Assembly: GCA_016285515.1 (NCBI GenBank) | Contig: JAEEQW010000009.1 | Coordinates: 5,561 to 69,560 of the forward strand | Direction: 5' to 3' | Length of the DNA: 64,000 nucleotides | From: Bacteroidales bacterium | GTDB lineage: Bacteria > Bacteroidota > Bacteroidia > Bacteroidales > BM520 | Part shown: positions 48,402 to 57,350 of the stretch, one piece after another | How positions within the stretch are numbered: position 1 is the stretch's first letter | Layout of the letters: every line of letters begins with the position of its first letter | The notes under the pieces: model-generated | Databases searched by the model: none | Told to the model about the DNA's origin: nothing | Seen by the model: the letters and a program-made list of their open reading frames with translations, nothing else | Translations under genes and position numbers: made by a program

Positions 48402-49755
48402 GAAGATATACCTTTTAATTTGTGTCATACTAATGTCACAATCCCTTAAGGCTCAATACATTGCTGAGGGAGGTGCACAGTTCAGGAACTATGGTTTCGA
48501 AAACTGGGAATATTTCGACACATCAGATACCAACAGTTTGGAACCTGTATTTTGGCACGCATGGATGTCGGCGTATGGTGCGTATAATCCATTGCAGAAT
48601 GCCAAGTATCAACAGATATGGAAGTCGCCGCATACCCGTCCTGGTTCAGATGGAAATGTAAGTGTGAAGTTAACTGCCCGCGATGTTTTGGGACTGATAA
48701 CCGCAAACGGTGGAATCACCAACGGCAGGATTCATGTGGGAAGCACTTCAGTGACAGATACCACAAATTTTAACATTACGCTTCGTGAGTACGACTCATT
48801 CAACACTCCGCTTGGAATGTATCCCGATTCTCTGACTGTATGGGTCGCTTTCGTGTGCGAGTATTCGAACCAGTTAGCGCGCGTGAGAGCTATTGTACAC
48901 GGTGACGACAATTTCTGTGAACGTGCCAACGGTACATTCAACCATCCTGACATGTACTGTGGTGAGGCCGTGCAGGTATTTCCAAGAACCAATAACATTT
49001 ATGACACGCTCAATTATCATTGGACGCGTTTTTCAATACCTTTTAATTATACAGGTCCGTGTGATAATCCGGCATACGTGCTTTTTACAGCTGGGACGAA
49101 TCAGTTTCCCGGGCAGGGTGCAGGCAACGAATATGTTTTGATTGATGATATTCTGCTGATATATAACCCTACGCTAACACTTGGTCAGATACCGGTTTCA
49201 AAGATAAATGTTCCGGAAGAGGGCTATCCAATCGATATTCCTTTTATTGTGGAAGGTACAATGTCACCATCGAACCTTTCGGCTGAACCGAACGTTGTAA
49301 TCGCCCAGTTGTCAGACAAATACGGCAGTTTTGCCAATCCTGTCACAATCGGAACCCTGACCACGGATGTAAGCGGAACAATTAACGCTGTGATTCCTTA
49401 TTCAACTCCTTCAGGAAGCAAGTATAGAATCAGAGTCGTATCGACAAATTATCCGCTTGTTTCGGAGGATAACGGCAGCAACATTATCATTGTTCCGGAG
49501 GAGGGAATTGATGAACATGACGACCTGTTGAAATTGTATCCTACTGTTTCGGATGATTTTGTGAGGATTGAGGCAGATGATGTTGTCAAATGCGTTATGC
49601 TGTTTTCGGCAGATGGCAGACTTGTAAGAAAGATTGACTATAATGGCAGTGAAAAGAGTATCGTTTTGCATATAGGTGATTTGCATAGCGGTCATTACAG
49701 TGTTTTGGTTAATACCGAACATAACTTATATAAGTCGGCACTTATAAAAAAATAA
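48394..49755 (+). CDS. Secreted T9SS cargo protein, N-terminal PCMD-like (putative carbohydrate-binding) domain
   Basis: Signal peptide. YGFENWEY near the N-terminus. C-terminal ~75 aa sorting-domain-like segment (LYPTVSDDFVRIEADD...GHYSVLVNTEHNLYKSALIKK). The start overlaps the GT4 stop by 8 nt. Confidence 0.55.
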   Translation: MNKKIYLLICVILMSQSLKAQYIAEGGAQFRNYGFENWEYFDTSDTNSLEPVFWHAWMSAYGAYNPLQNAKYQQIWKSPHTRPGSDGNVSVKLTARDVLGLITANGGITNGRIHVGSTSVTDTTNFNITLREYDSFNTPLGMYPDSLTVWVAFVCEYSNQLARVRAIVHGDDNFCERANGTFNHPDMYCGEAVQVFPRTNNIYDTLNYHWTRFSIPFNYTGPCDNPAYVLFTAGTNQFPGQGAGNEYVLIDDILLIYNPTLTLGQIPVSKINVPEEGYPIDIPFIVEGTMSPSNLSAEPNVVIAQLSDKYGSFANPVTIGTLTTDVSGTINAVIPYSTPSGSKYRIRVVSTNYPLVSEDNGSNIIIVPEEGIDEHDDLLKLYPTVSDDFVRIEADDVVKCVMLFSADGRLVRKIDYNGSEKSIVLHIGDLHSGHYSVLVNTEHNLYKSALIKK

Positions 49756-49786
49756 AAAATAGTTCTAGTATTTGAAAAAAATAATA

Positions 49787-49794
49787 TACTTTTG
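49787..49794 (+). promoter_or_regulatory. Bacteroidota -7 promoter box TACTTTTG
   Basis: TAnnTTTG match 76 nt upstream of the ATG at 49870. Confidence 0.45.
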
Positions 49795-49869
49795 TAAGAT
49801 TAAGATATTTAGATGAATTTCAAGAGAAGAACAATAATAGTAATGTTTAACTAATTAAAAATCAAGCTT

Positions 49870-52800
49870 ATGAAAAAATTTTTCAAATTATTCTCATTAG
49901 TGCTTTTTGTAACCGTATTATTTGGCGGTTCATACGCACTTAATGCTCAAAAATCCGTCATTGCTGAATCACAGGACATTGAAGACGTTCAGATCAGCGG
50001 TGTAAAGGACGGATGGATGACATGGTATCTGGAGGATGGCGACGGTCATGTTCTCGGTAATACCAGTTCCGGTGATAAAGAGTGGGGAATTTACAATCGT
50101 TTCACTCCATCAGATTTCGCACAGTTTGACGCAGTAGGCAAACAGATTACTCAGATTAAATGTTATCCTTACAGCCATTCCTCATCACCTTCAGTGATAA
50201 CAGGCCTTACAGCTGTTGTTTATCAAGGTGGTTCAGTATCAGGTTCCACATTTAATCCTGGTACATTGGTATCAAGTCAGGTATATCCATGGGATAATGT
50301 CTATAATGAAGAAAAGGTCATCGATCTCGACAACCCTGTAACCATTGACGGCACACAGGAAATTTGGATTGGTGTTGTAATCAACTTCACATCAGGTTAT
50401 GTTGCAGTGACAGATGCAGGTACAGTATATCAATCAGACAAGGGCGACATCATGTCCATGACTTCTAATGGTACAACTGAATTCTTCAAGGCAGCTGATG
50501 CATTATCATCAGGCGAATGGCCATATAACTGGTTCGTACAAGCATACGTTGAAGAAGGCGGTTCTTCTTCTTCAGAACTCATCAATGCTGATTTCGAAAT
50601 TGGTAGAGATGGTGCAAAGGTAGCTCAGACTTACGCAGCAGCTGGTTATGATTTCTTCACAACATGGAGCAGCGCTCCAGGTGGAGCTGAAGATGCTGCG
50701 TTCTCTAATGAACAGGCTTACGAAGGCTCACTTTCAGCTAAATTAACCTATGACAATGACTTTGTAATGCTTCTCGGTGACAAGACATCAGGTCACTATG
50801 GCATAGACTTCAAAGCTTATGTTCCAGCAGGCAAAGATGCTTATTTCAATGTTCTTCATGTATTTGCAAATACAAGCAGTGAATGGGCTTGCGAAGTTTA
50901 TATCAACCATTCAACCAGCGGCACATCAATCAATGTAGCTGGTGTGGCTTATGATTTCACATGGCCTATGGACGCTTGGAATGATGTTTATTTTGATATT
51001 GACCTTGACAATGACGTTATGACTTTCTACGTTAACAGCGAACAGATTTATGAAGGCCAGTTCAGTCTCGATGCTTCAAAGGGTACACGTCAGCTTGCAG
51101 CTATGGACTTCTTTCCTCCAACAAGTGCAGCCAAGTCACAATATTATGTGGATAATATAGTGGTTACAGATCTCAATGCAGGTGGCGGTACAATTTTCGG
51201 AACCGACTTTGACGATGTTGCAGTTGGCAGCCGCGTTGCCGCATCATATCCTGATTATTGGACAACATGGAGCAGCCAACCAGGCGGTTCAGAAGATGGT
51301 ACCATCTCCAATGAACAGGCTTTATCAGGCAGACAGTCAGCAAAATTCTCATACGGCAATGACTGTGTTTTCCTCGCAGGTGACAAGACATCAGGTGAAT
51401 ACACTATTGACTTCAACATCTATGTCGCTAACGGTATGGATGCTTATTTCAATGTTCTTCACGTGTTTGCAGGTACAAGCAGTGAATGGGCTTGCGAAAT
51501 TTACATCAACCATTCAACCAATGGTACGTCAATTAACGTAGCCGGTGAAGCATATACATTCTCTTACAATGCAGATGCATGGAACAGTGTTCATTTTGAT
51601 ATTGACCTTGACAATGACCTTGCTGATTTCTATTTCAATGATGTATTGGTTCACGAGTGGCAGTTCAGCCTTGATGCTTCAAAGGGCAGAGGCACTCGCC
51701 AATTGGCAGCTATGGACTTCTACCCACCAACAAGTGCAGCAAAGTCAACATTCTATATTGATGACTTTGTATATGCAGAAGTTGGCGGCGGTGCAACGTA
51801 TCCTATCATGAACGTTGACGTAACATCAATTTCAGAAACACTTAACCATGACCAGACTGCAAGCGAAGACGTAACAATTTCCAATACCGGTACAAGTATT
51901 GGTGACTATTCAGCTTGGGTTAGTTACACTTCCGCAAAGGGTGGTGATGAAAACTTCATCTTCTCATACTGTGGTGAGAATAAAACTGGTGTTGGTTTCT
52001 CAAGTGGAACTCCATTAGTTGAATGTGGTGCAAGATTCCCATTTGACTACTATTCATCATTCTTGGGCACCCAACTTACTCAGGTGACTTATTATTGTGG
52101 TGCTTACGATGTTATTGACAATAGCATCACCATGAGAGTTTATGGTCAGGGTACTTCTCAAACCCCAGGTGCATTATTGGCAGAAAAGACTATTACATAT
52201 CAGCAGAGTTATTGGGTTACAGCTACTTTTGACACACCCGTACAGTTAAACGGTGGTGACATTTGGATCACAGCTGAATTTACTCAGACTGAAGGATCAT
52301 ATCCAATCTCATTCGACGGTGGCAATGCTCCTTACAATGAAGACGGTGACTGGTTCCGCACTAACGGTGGCGCATGGCAGCGTTTTGAAAACAGCGAATA
52401 TGGTAACATTTGCATTAGAGCATACGCTTCAGGTACTCCTGCTCCTGCATGGGTATATCTGTCAGGCGCAACAGAAGGCTCACTTAAGGGCGGTGAATCA
52501 GAAGGATTCACAGTCATGATTGATCCTTCCGTATTCAATGCTCATTCAGATTTCGGCACATATAATGCTAATCTCTTTATCGCTACAAACGATGACAAGA
52601 ACCCATTATTCACAATTCCTGTAACATTGAATTATTTTGATGGTATTGAAAACAATGAAGCTGCTTTCACAATGTATCCTAATCCTGCTGCTGGTACTGT
52701 CAATGTAAAGGCAGAGACAGCAATCAACAATGTGGTTGTTTACAATGAAATCGGTCAGGTTGTTTATTCTGCAAAGGCTAATGGCAATACCGCTTCCTTC

Positions 52801-52887
52801 TCAGTTGATGGTTTCGGCTCAGGAGTCTATTTCGTTAGAATTGACACTGCAAACGGTATCAATATCTCAAAACTCATAGTTAGATAA
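49870..52887 (+). CDS. Large secreted T9SS cargo protein with repeated beta-sandwich modules
   Basis: Signal peptide ending LNA-QK. Two ~195-aa duplicated modules, two further related ~160-aa modules, and a C-terminal Por-secretion tail (MYPNPAAGTVNVKAE...GVYFVRIDTANGINISKLIVR). Confidence 0.7.
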   Translation: MKKFFKLFSLVLFVTVLFGGSYALNAQKSVIAESQDIEDVQISGVKDGWMTWYLEDGDGHVLGNTSSGDKEWGIYNRFTPSDFAQFDAVGKQITQIKCYPYSHSSSPSVITGLTAVVYQGGSVSGSTFNPGTLVSSQVYPWDNVYNEEKVIDLDNPVTIDGTQEIWIGVVINFTSGYVAVTDAGTVYQSDKGDIMSMTSNGTTEFFKAADALSSGEWPYNWFVQAYVEEGGSSSSELINADFEIGRDGAKVAQTYAAAGYDFFTTWSSAPGGAEDAAFSNEQAYEGSLSAKLTYDNDFVMLLGDKTSGHYGIDFKAYVPAGKDAYFNVLHVFANTSSEWACEVYINHSTSGTSINVAGVAYDFTWPMDAWNDVYFDIDLDNDVMTFYVNSEQIYEGQFSLDASKGTRQLAAMDFFPPTSAAKSQYYVDNIVVTDLNAGGGTIFGTDFDDVAVGSRVAASYPDYWTTWSSQPGGSEDGTISNEQALSGRQSAKFSYGNDCVFLAGDKTSGEYTIDFNIYVANGMDAYFNVLHVFAGTSSEWACEIYINHSTNGTSINVAGEAYTFSYNADAWNSVHFDIDLDNDLADFYFNDVLVHEWQFSLDASKGRGTRQLAAMDFYPPTSAAKSTFYIDDFVYAEVGGGATYPIMNVDVTSISETLNHDQTASEDVTISNTGTSIGDYSAWVSYTSAKGGDENFIFSYCGENKTGVGFSSGTPLVECGARFPFDYYSSFLGTQLTQVTYYCGAYDVIDNSITMRVYGQGTSQTPGALLAEKTITYQQSYWVTATFDTPVQLNGGDIWITAEFTQTEGSYPISFDGGNAPYNEDGDWFRTNGGAWQRFENSEYGNICIRAYASGTPAPAWVYLSGATEGSLKGGESEGFTVMIDPSVFNAHSDFGTYNANLFIATNDDKNPLFTIPVTLNYFDGIENNEAAFTMYPNPAAGTVNVKAETAINNVVVYNEIGQVVYSAKANGNTASFSVDGFGSGVYFVRIDTANGINISKLIVR
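50581..51780 (+). repeat. Internal tandem duplication of a ~195-aa module (aa 238-435 and 443-637)
   Basis: Long stretches are shared, for example DAYFNVLHVF..TSSEWACE.YINHST.GTSINVAG and FSLDASKG..TRQLAAMDF.PPTSAAKS. The core DNA is also highly similar between copies. Confidence 0.8.
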
Positions 52888-52910
52888 TTTATTTTAAAAC
52901 CAATGATAAA

Positions 52911-52938
52911 GACTGCCTTCCCAAAGGCAGTCTTTTTT
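52911..52938 (+). terminator. Rho-independent terminator
   Basis: GACTGCCTT-CCCA-AAGGCAGTC followed by TTTTTT, 24 nt after the stop at 52887. Confidence 0.75.
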
Positions 52939-52940
52939 AT

Positions 52941-53297
52941 ATGATTATGGCAAACAAAACATTAAGTGAATTTAAGCAATTCATTCTAAAGGGCAACGTC
53001 CTTGACATGGCTGTTGGTATCATCGTTGGCGGTGCATTCAACAAGATAGTCAGTTCATTAGTCAATGATATTATCATGCCGCCGATAGGATATCTTATTG
53101 GTGGAGTTAACTTCACGGAACTTAAGGCGCGCGTAGGCGGTCCGGAATCTGAGGTATTCATTAATTATGGAAACTTTATTCAGGAGATAATTAATTTCCT
53201 GATAATAGCCCTCACAGTCTTCATTGTTGTAAAGGCTGTAACGAAGATGTCAAAGCTGAGAAATGGCGAAGCAGTGGAAGGTGACGCGAAGAAATAG
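52941..53297 (+). CDS. mscL: Large-conductance mechanosensitive channel MscL
   Basis: FKQFILKGNVLDMAVGIIVGGAF...IIMPPIG. The start is at 52941 or 52947. Confidence 0.9.
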   Translation: MIMANKTLSEFKQFILKGNVLDMAVGIIVGGAFNKIVSSLVNDIIMPPIGYLIGGVNFTELKARVGGPESEVFINYGNFIQEIINFLIIALTVFIVVKAVTKMSKLRNGEAVEGDAKK

Positions 53298-54077
53298 TTA
53301 AAGAGCTATTTCCATCTCATCTTCGATGGCTATTGTGTTTTCAAACACTTCCTTAGCCTCGTTGACAAGTACGGAGGGGTCGTTAAACCTCTTTGAAAAA
53401 TGACCAATCAGAAGTCTTTCTGCATTGGTCATTTTTGCTATATTAGCAGCATCCTTTGCAGTGGAATGAAATTTCTCTATGGCCTGTTTTCTGAACTCTT
53501 CAGTGAATGTTGCCTCATGATATATGAGGGTGGCATCTTTAATGACAGGTATTATGTCGGGTTTGTATATTGTGTCTGAAATGAAAGCGTAGCGGAAAGG
53601 CTTGTTCCTCATCGTGGATTTGAAGAAGAAACCTGTAGTTGGGATTCTATGGCTGAGCGGTACGGAATACACTTCAAAGTCTTGTGCTTTTGTGAGGAGC
53701 CGGGATTCATTGGGGTCGGTCAATGTGTAACTGCATTCGAACTGCAGTTCGGTGAGAGATGCCTCAAGCTGCATCTCAATAATTTCCTTCAGCTTGTCGG
53801 GACAATATATGTGCAGGGGCTGGTGACGGCTCTGCATGTTCATGGTGGAAATCAGCCCAACCAGTCCGAAGAAGTGATCACCATGCAGATGACTTATATA
53901 GATGTTGTCTATTGAGTTAATCTTTATGCCTTTGGACTGCATTCTTATCTGAGCCCCTTCGCCGCAGTCGATAAGGTTATTTATACCGTTGATGTTGATA
54001 ACCTGTGAAGTGGTGAATCTGTGTATATTAGGTATTGCGGAATTGGATCCTAAGATTAGTAAACTGTTTGTATTCAT
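53298..54077 (-). CDS. MBL-fold metallo-hydrolase, RNase Z/BN-like
   Basis: HxHxDH motif (SHLHGDHFFGL) and a C-terminal HFS motif. At 259 aa it is shorter than typical RNase Z (no obvious flexible-arm insert). Confidence 0.7.
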   Translation of the reverse strand: MNTNSLLILGSNSAIPNIHRFTTSQVININGINNLIDCGEGAQIRMQSKGIKINSIDNIYISHLHGDHFFGLVGLISTMNMQSRHQPLHIYCPDKLKEIIEMQLEASLTELQFECSYTLTDPNESRLLTKAQDFEVYSVPLSHRIPTTGFFFKSTMRNKPFRYAFISDTIYKPDIIPVIKDATLIYHEATFTEEFRKQAIEKFHSTAKDAANIAKMTNAERLLIGHFSKRFNDPSVLVNEAKEVFENTIAIEDEMEIAL

Positions 54078-54090
54078 GGTATTAGTTGTT

Positions 54091-54122
54091 AAAAAAAAGG
54101 CGGAATCGCTTCCGCCTTTTTT
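54091..54122 (-). terminator. Rho-independent terminator downstream of rpsA (bidirectional shape)
   Basis: AAAAAAAA-GGCGGAA-TCGC-TTCCGCC-TTTTTT. Confidence 0.75.
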
Positions 54123-54141
54123 AGAGTGTTTTTATTGTTTT

Positions 54142-55989
54142 TTATTCGGTCTTAACTTCTTCAGTTGCTTGATTTTCCAGGTTTTTGTTGTTTTCTTCCA
54201 TTTCATTTTTCAGGTCAACAAGTTCCTGGAGGTCGCCTAAAGTGGCAACTTCGTTACTTTCGTTAAGTTCCTGTATTGGGGATTTAGCTTTGGTCTTAGC
54301 CTTGTTCATTTCGTATTCCTTAGCTTTTTCTGCTGCAGCTATATCCTGGAAAATCTTGGAGTGTGAGACCACGATACGTTTGTTGGACTTATTGAATTCA
54401 ATGACTTTGAATTCGAGGGTTTCACCTACCTGGGCAGTGGTTCCGTCTTCCTTTTGAGCATGGCGGGAAGGACAGAAACTTTCAACATCACCATCGAGGT
54501 TGACGATGTAGCCTTTGTCTTTAGCTGCTGTGATGGTACCAGTGTGGATGGAGCCTTCGTAATAAGTTGTGGCGTAGGTTTCCCAAGGATTTTCTTCAAG
54601 CTGTTTGTGACCCAAGCTGAAGCGGCGGTTTTCGGTGTCAACATCGAGAACGACAACTTCGAGAGGTTCGCCTATCTTGGTGAATTCAGCAGGGTGTTTG
54701 ATTTTCTTTGACCATGAGAGGTCTGAAATGTGAACGAGGCCGTCAACTCCTTCTTCAAGTTCGACGAAAATGCCGAATGAAGTGAAGTTTCTGACGATAG
54801 CAGTATGTTTGGATCCGATAGGATATTTTTCAACGATGTTGAGCCATGGATCCGGAACAAGTTGTTTCATGCCGAGAGACATCTTGCGGTTTTCCTTGTC
54901 GAATTTAAGGATGACAGCTTCCACTTCGTCACCTACCTTAAGGAAATCCTGAGCGGTGCGGAGATGCTGTGACCAGCTCATTTCTGAAACGTGGATAAGA
55001 CCTTCGACACCAGGAGCGATTTCGATGAATGCACCGTAGTCGGCGATGACAACGACTTTACCTTTAACCTTGTCGCCAACCTTAAGGTTAGGATCAAGTG
55101 AATCCCACGGATGTGGGGTGAGTTGTTTGAGACCGAGGGCAATGCGTTTTTTGTTGTCATCGAAGTCGAGGATAACCACCTGAATCTTTTGGTCAAGCTG
55201 AACGACTTCTGTAGGATTTGAAATTCTGCCCCAACTTAAGTCTGTGATGTGAATCAAACCGTCAACACCGCCCAAGTCAACGAATACGCCATAAGGGGTG
55301 ATGTTCTTGACGATACCTTCGAGTACTTGTCCTTTTTCGAGGTGAGAGATGATTTCAACCTTCTGTGCTTCAAGTTCGTCTTCAATAAGAGCCTTATGGG
55401 ATACAACCACGTTCTTGTAGGTCTGGTTGATTTTCACAACCTTGAATTCCATGGTCTTGTCGACGAATACATCATAGTCTCTGATAGGTTTGACATCGAT
55501 TTGTGAGCCCGGAAGGAAAGATTCTATTCCGAAAACGTCAACTATGAGACCGCCTTTTGTGCGACATTTGACATAACCTTTGACGATTTCACCTGTGTTG
55601 TAAGCTTCGTTGACTCTGTCCCAAGCCTTGAGTAATTTTGCTTTTTTATGTGACAAAATCAGCTGGCCGGAAGAATCTTCCTGGCTTTCCACATAAACTT
55701 CGACAGAATCGCCAATCTGAGGCTGTGTTTCATATCTGAATTCTGACAATGGAACAACGCCGTCGGATTTGAAACCTATGTTGATTATGACTTCGCGGGA
55801 GTTGATTCCGACTACAGTACCCTGAATTACATCGTGGTCTGTAATCTGATTTAATGTGTTACCATAGAGATTTTCCAGGTTTTCACGCTCTTCTTTTGAA
55901 TAAATGTCTTTGCCTGAACCTAAAGTATTCCAATCAACTCTTGGCTTCTCAACTGATTCTGCAGCAAAATTTTTGTTTTCTTCTGACAT
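54142..55989 (-). CDS. rpsA: 30S ribosomal protein S1
   Basis: Six consecutive S1/OB repeats (G.V..G.V......G.FV.L pattern). ATG at 55989 preferred. An upstream in-frame ATG at 56022 is possible. Confidence 0.95.
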   Translation of the reverse strand: MSEENKNFAAESVEKPRVDWNTLGSGKDIYSKEERENLENLYGNTLNQITDHDVIQGTVVGINSREVIINIGFKSDGVVPLSEFRYETQPQIGDSVEVYVESQEDSSGQLILSHKKAKLLKAWDRVNEAYNTGEIVKGYVKCRTKGGLIVDVFGIESFLPGSQIDVKPIRDYDVFVDKTMEFKVVKINQTYKNVVVSHKALIEDELEAQKVEIISHLEKGQVLEGIVKNITPYGVFVDLGGVDGLIHITDLSWGRISNPTEVVQLDQKIQVVILDFDDNKKRIALGLKQLTPHPWDSLDPNLKVGDKVKGKVVVIADYGAFIEIAPGVEGLIHVSEMSWSQHLRTAQDFLKVGDEVEAVILKFDKENRKMSLGMKQLVPDPWLNIVEKYPIGSKHTAIVRNFTSFGIFVELEEGVDGLVHISDLSWSKKIKHPAEFTKIGEPLEVVVLDVDTENRRFSLGHKQLEENPWETYATTYYEGSIHTGTITAAKDKGYIVNLDGDVESFCPSRHAQKEDGTTAQVGETLEFKVIEFNKSNKRIVVSHSKIFQDIAAAEKAKEYEMNKAKTKAKSPIQELNESNEVATLGDLQELVDLKNEMEENNKNLENQATEEVKTE

Positions 55990-56102
55990 AATAATACTTT
56001 GCGACTGATTGGCAACAGTCATGTTAAACTTTATAAGTTATTAATAATCACGTTAATAAAAAGAGCAGACGCCAATAAATCCACTCTTTCTAAAAACGGT
56101 TG

Positions 56103-56110
56103 CAAAATTA
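56103..56110 (-). promoter_or_regulatory. Bacteroidota -7 promoter box TAATTTTG (minus strand)
   Basis: TAnnTTTG match in the dusB-rpsA intergenic region, upstream of rpsA. Confidence 0.4.
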
Positions 56111-56128
56111 CAATAATTTTTTTGATTT

Positions 56129-57106
56129 TCAGCTATTTGCAGAAATTATTTTGTCTAAAATTTTTAGCAGTTCATCTACACTCATAGCCTTCATCAATTC
56201 CATCTTGAAGGGCTTGAAATTTCTGATTGCCCGGAAGTAACATCCGTAGTGGTGCCTCATTTCGAGAATGGAGCGTTTTTCACCCTTGTAATCCACTGAC
56301 ATCAGGATATGGCGGCGGCACATTTCCACTCTTTGCTCTATTGATGGAGGGGCGATGATGCTTCCGTCTTTCAGGTAGGCCTTTATTTGATTGAAAATCC
56401 ACGGGTTGCCTATTGCTGCACGTCCTATCATCAGACCGTCAACGTGGCTCATGTCGAGACATTGTTTTGCCTTTTCACCGCTGTCAATGTCGCCATTGCC
56501 TATTATCGGAATGGTTATGGCAGGATTGTTCTTCACTGAGGCTATGACGTTCCAGTCGGCTGCACCTGTGTACATCTGACAGCGCGTGCGACCATGAATG
56601 GTAAGAGCGGAGATCCCGACATCCTGCAGCCGCAGGGCTATGTCCATGATGTTGATTGAATCCTGGTCCCATCCGATGCGGGTTTTCACGGTGACGGGAA
56701 TATCGCCGCATACCTTGACGATTTCTCCAGCGGCTTTGACCATCTTGTCGGGATTGCGCAGCATGGCGGCGCCACCGCCTTTGTTCACCACTTTCTTTAC
56801 AGGACATCCGCAGTTGAGGTCAATGATGTCGGGATTGCTTTCAAGCGCTTTTTCGGCGGCTTTGACCAACGAATCTGTTTCCCCGCCGAATATCTGAATC
56901 GCTATGGGACGTTCCTTTTCGGAAATTCTGAGTTTGATGATGCTTTTTTCAGCATCACGTATCAGCCCTTCCGAGGCAATGAACTCCGAAAACACGAGGT
57001 CGGCACCCATTTCCTTGCATAATATCCTGAAAGGCAACTCGCTGACATCCTCCATAGGAGCCAGTATTACCGGCACTCCGTCGAATGTAATCTTACCTGT
57101 TTTCAT
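56129..57106 (-). CDS. dusB: tRNA-dihydrouridine synthase (DusB-like)
   Basis: LAPMEDVSELPFR, catalytic region DLNCGCP, and a C-terminal helical domain. Confidence 0.9.
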   Translation of the reverse strand: MKTGKITFDGVPVILAPMEDVSELPFRILCKEMGADLVFSEFIASEGLIRDAEKSIIKLRISEKERPIAIQIFGGETDSLVKAAEKALESNPDIIDLNCGCPVKKVVNKGGGAAMLRNPDKMVKAAGEIVKVCGDIPVTVKTRIGWDQDSINIMDIALRLQDVGISALTIHGRTRCQMYTGAADWNVIASVKNNPAITIPIIGNGDIDSGEKAKQCLDMSHVDGLMIGRAAIGNPWIFNQIKAYLKDGSIIAPPSIEQRVEMCRRHILMSVDYKGEKRSILEMRHHYGCYFRAIRNFKPFKMELMKAMSVDELLKILDKIISANS

Positions 57107-57114
57107 GTTGTTTG

Positions 57115-57122
57115 CAAAAGTA
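57115..57122 (-). promoter_or_regulatory. Bacteroidota -7 promoter box TACTTTTG (minus strand), 8 nt before the dusB ATG
   Basis: TAnnTTTG match. The geometry predicts a leaderless or near-leaderless transcript. Confidence 0.45.
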
Positions 57123-57164
57123 GATTATTTTTTTAAAAAATTGTATCAGTTATCAAAAATGTTG

Positions 57165-57172
57165 TATCTTTG
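57165..57172 (+). promoter_or_regulatory. Bacteroidota -7 promoter box TATCTTTG for the tRNA gene
   Basis: TAnnTTTG match 29 nt upstream of the tRNA 5' end. Confidence 0.5.
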
Positions 57173-57200
57173 CAGGCTGAAAACAATTGATATTGTTTTT

Positions 57201-57274
57201 GGGCCCATAGCTCAGTTGGTTAGAGCATCTGACTCATAATCAGAGGGTCCCTGGTTCGAGCCCAGGTGGGCCCA
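57201..57274 (+). tRNA. tRNA with anticodon CAT (elongator Met or lysidine-modified Ile2)
   Basis: 74-nt cloverleaf folded by hand: acceptor GGGCCCA/TGGGCCC, D arm GCTC-AGTTGGTTA-GAGC, anticodon arm TCTGA-CTCATAA-TCAGA, variable loop GGGTC, T arm CCTGG-TTCGAGC-CCAGG, discriminator A. No encoded CCA. Confidence 0.9.
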
Positions 57275-57308
57275 CAAAAATATATTTAATTTGTGACTTT
57301 TGTAGTTT

Positions 57309-57336
57309 GGGATGGTTTTCTTGCCGTCCCTTTTTT
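57309..57336 (+). terminator. Rho-independent terminator after the tRNA
   Basis: GGGATGG-TTTTCTTG-CCGTCCC (one G-U pair) followed by TTTTTT. Lies inside the 5' extension of the track ORF 57312..58835. Confidence 0.65.
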
Positions 57337-57350
57337 CTAATATTGAGATT

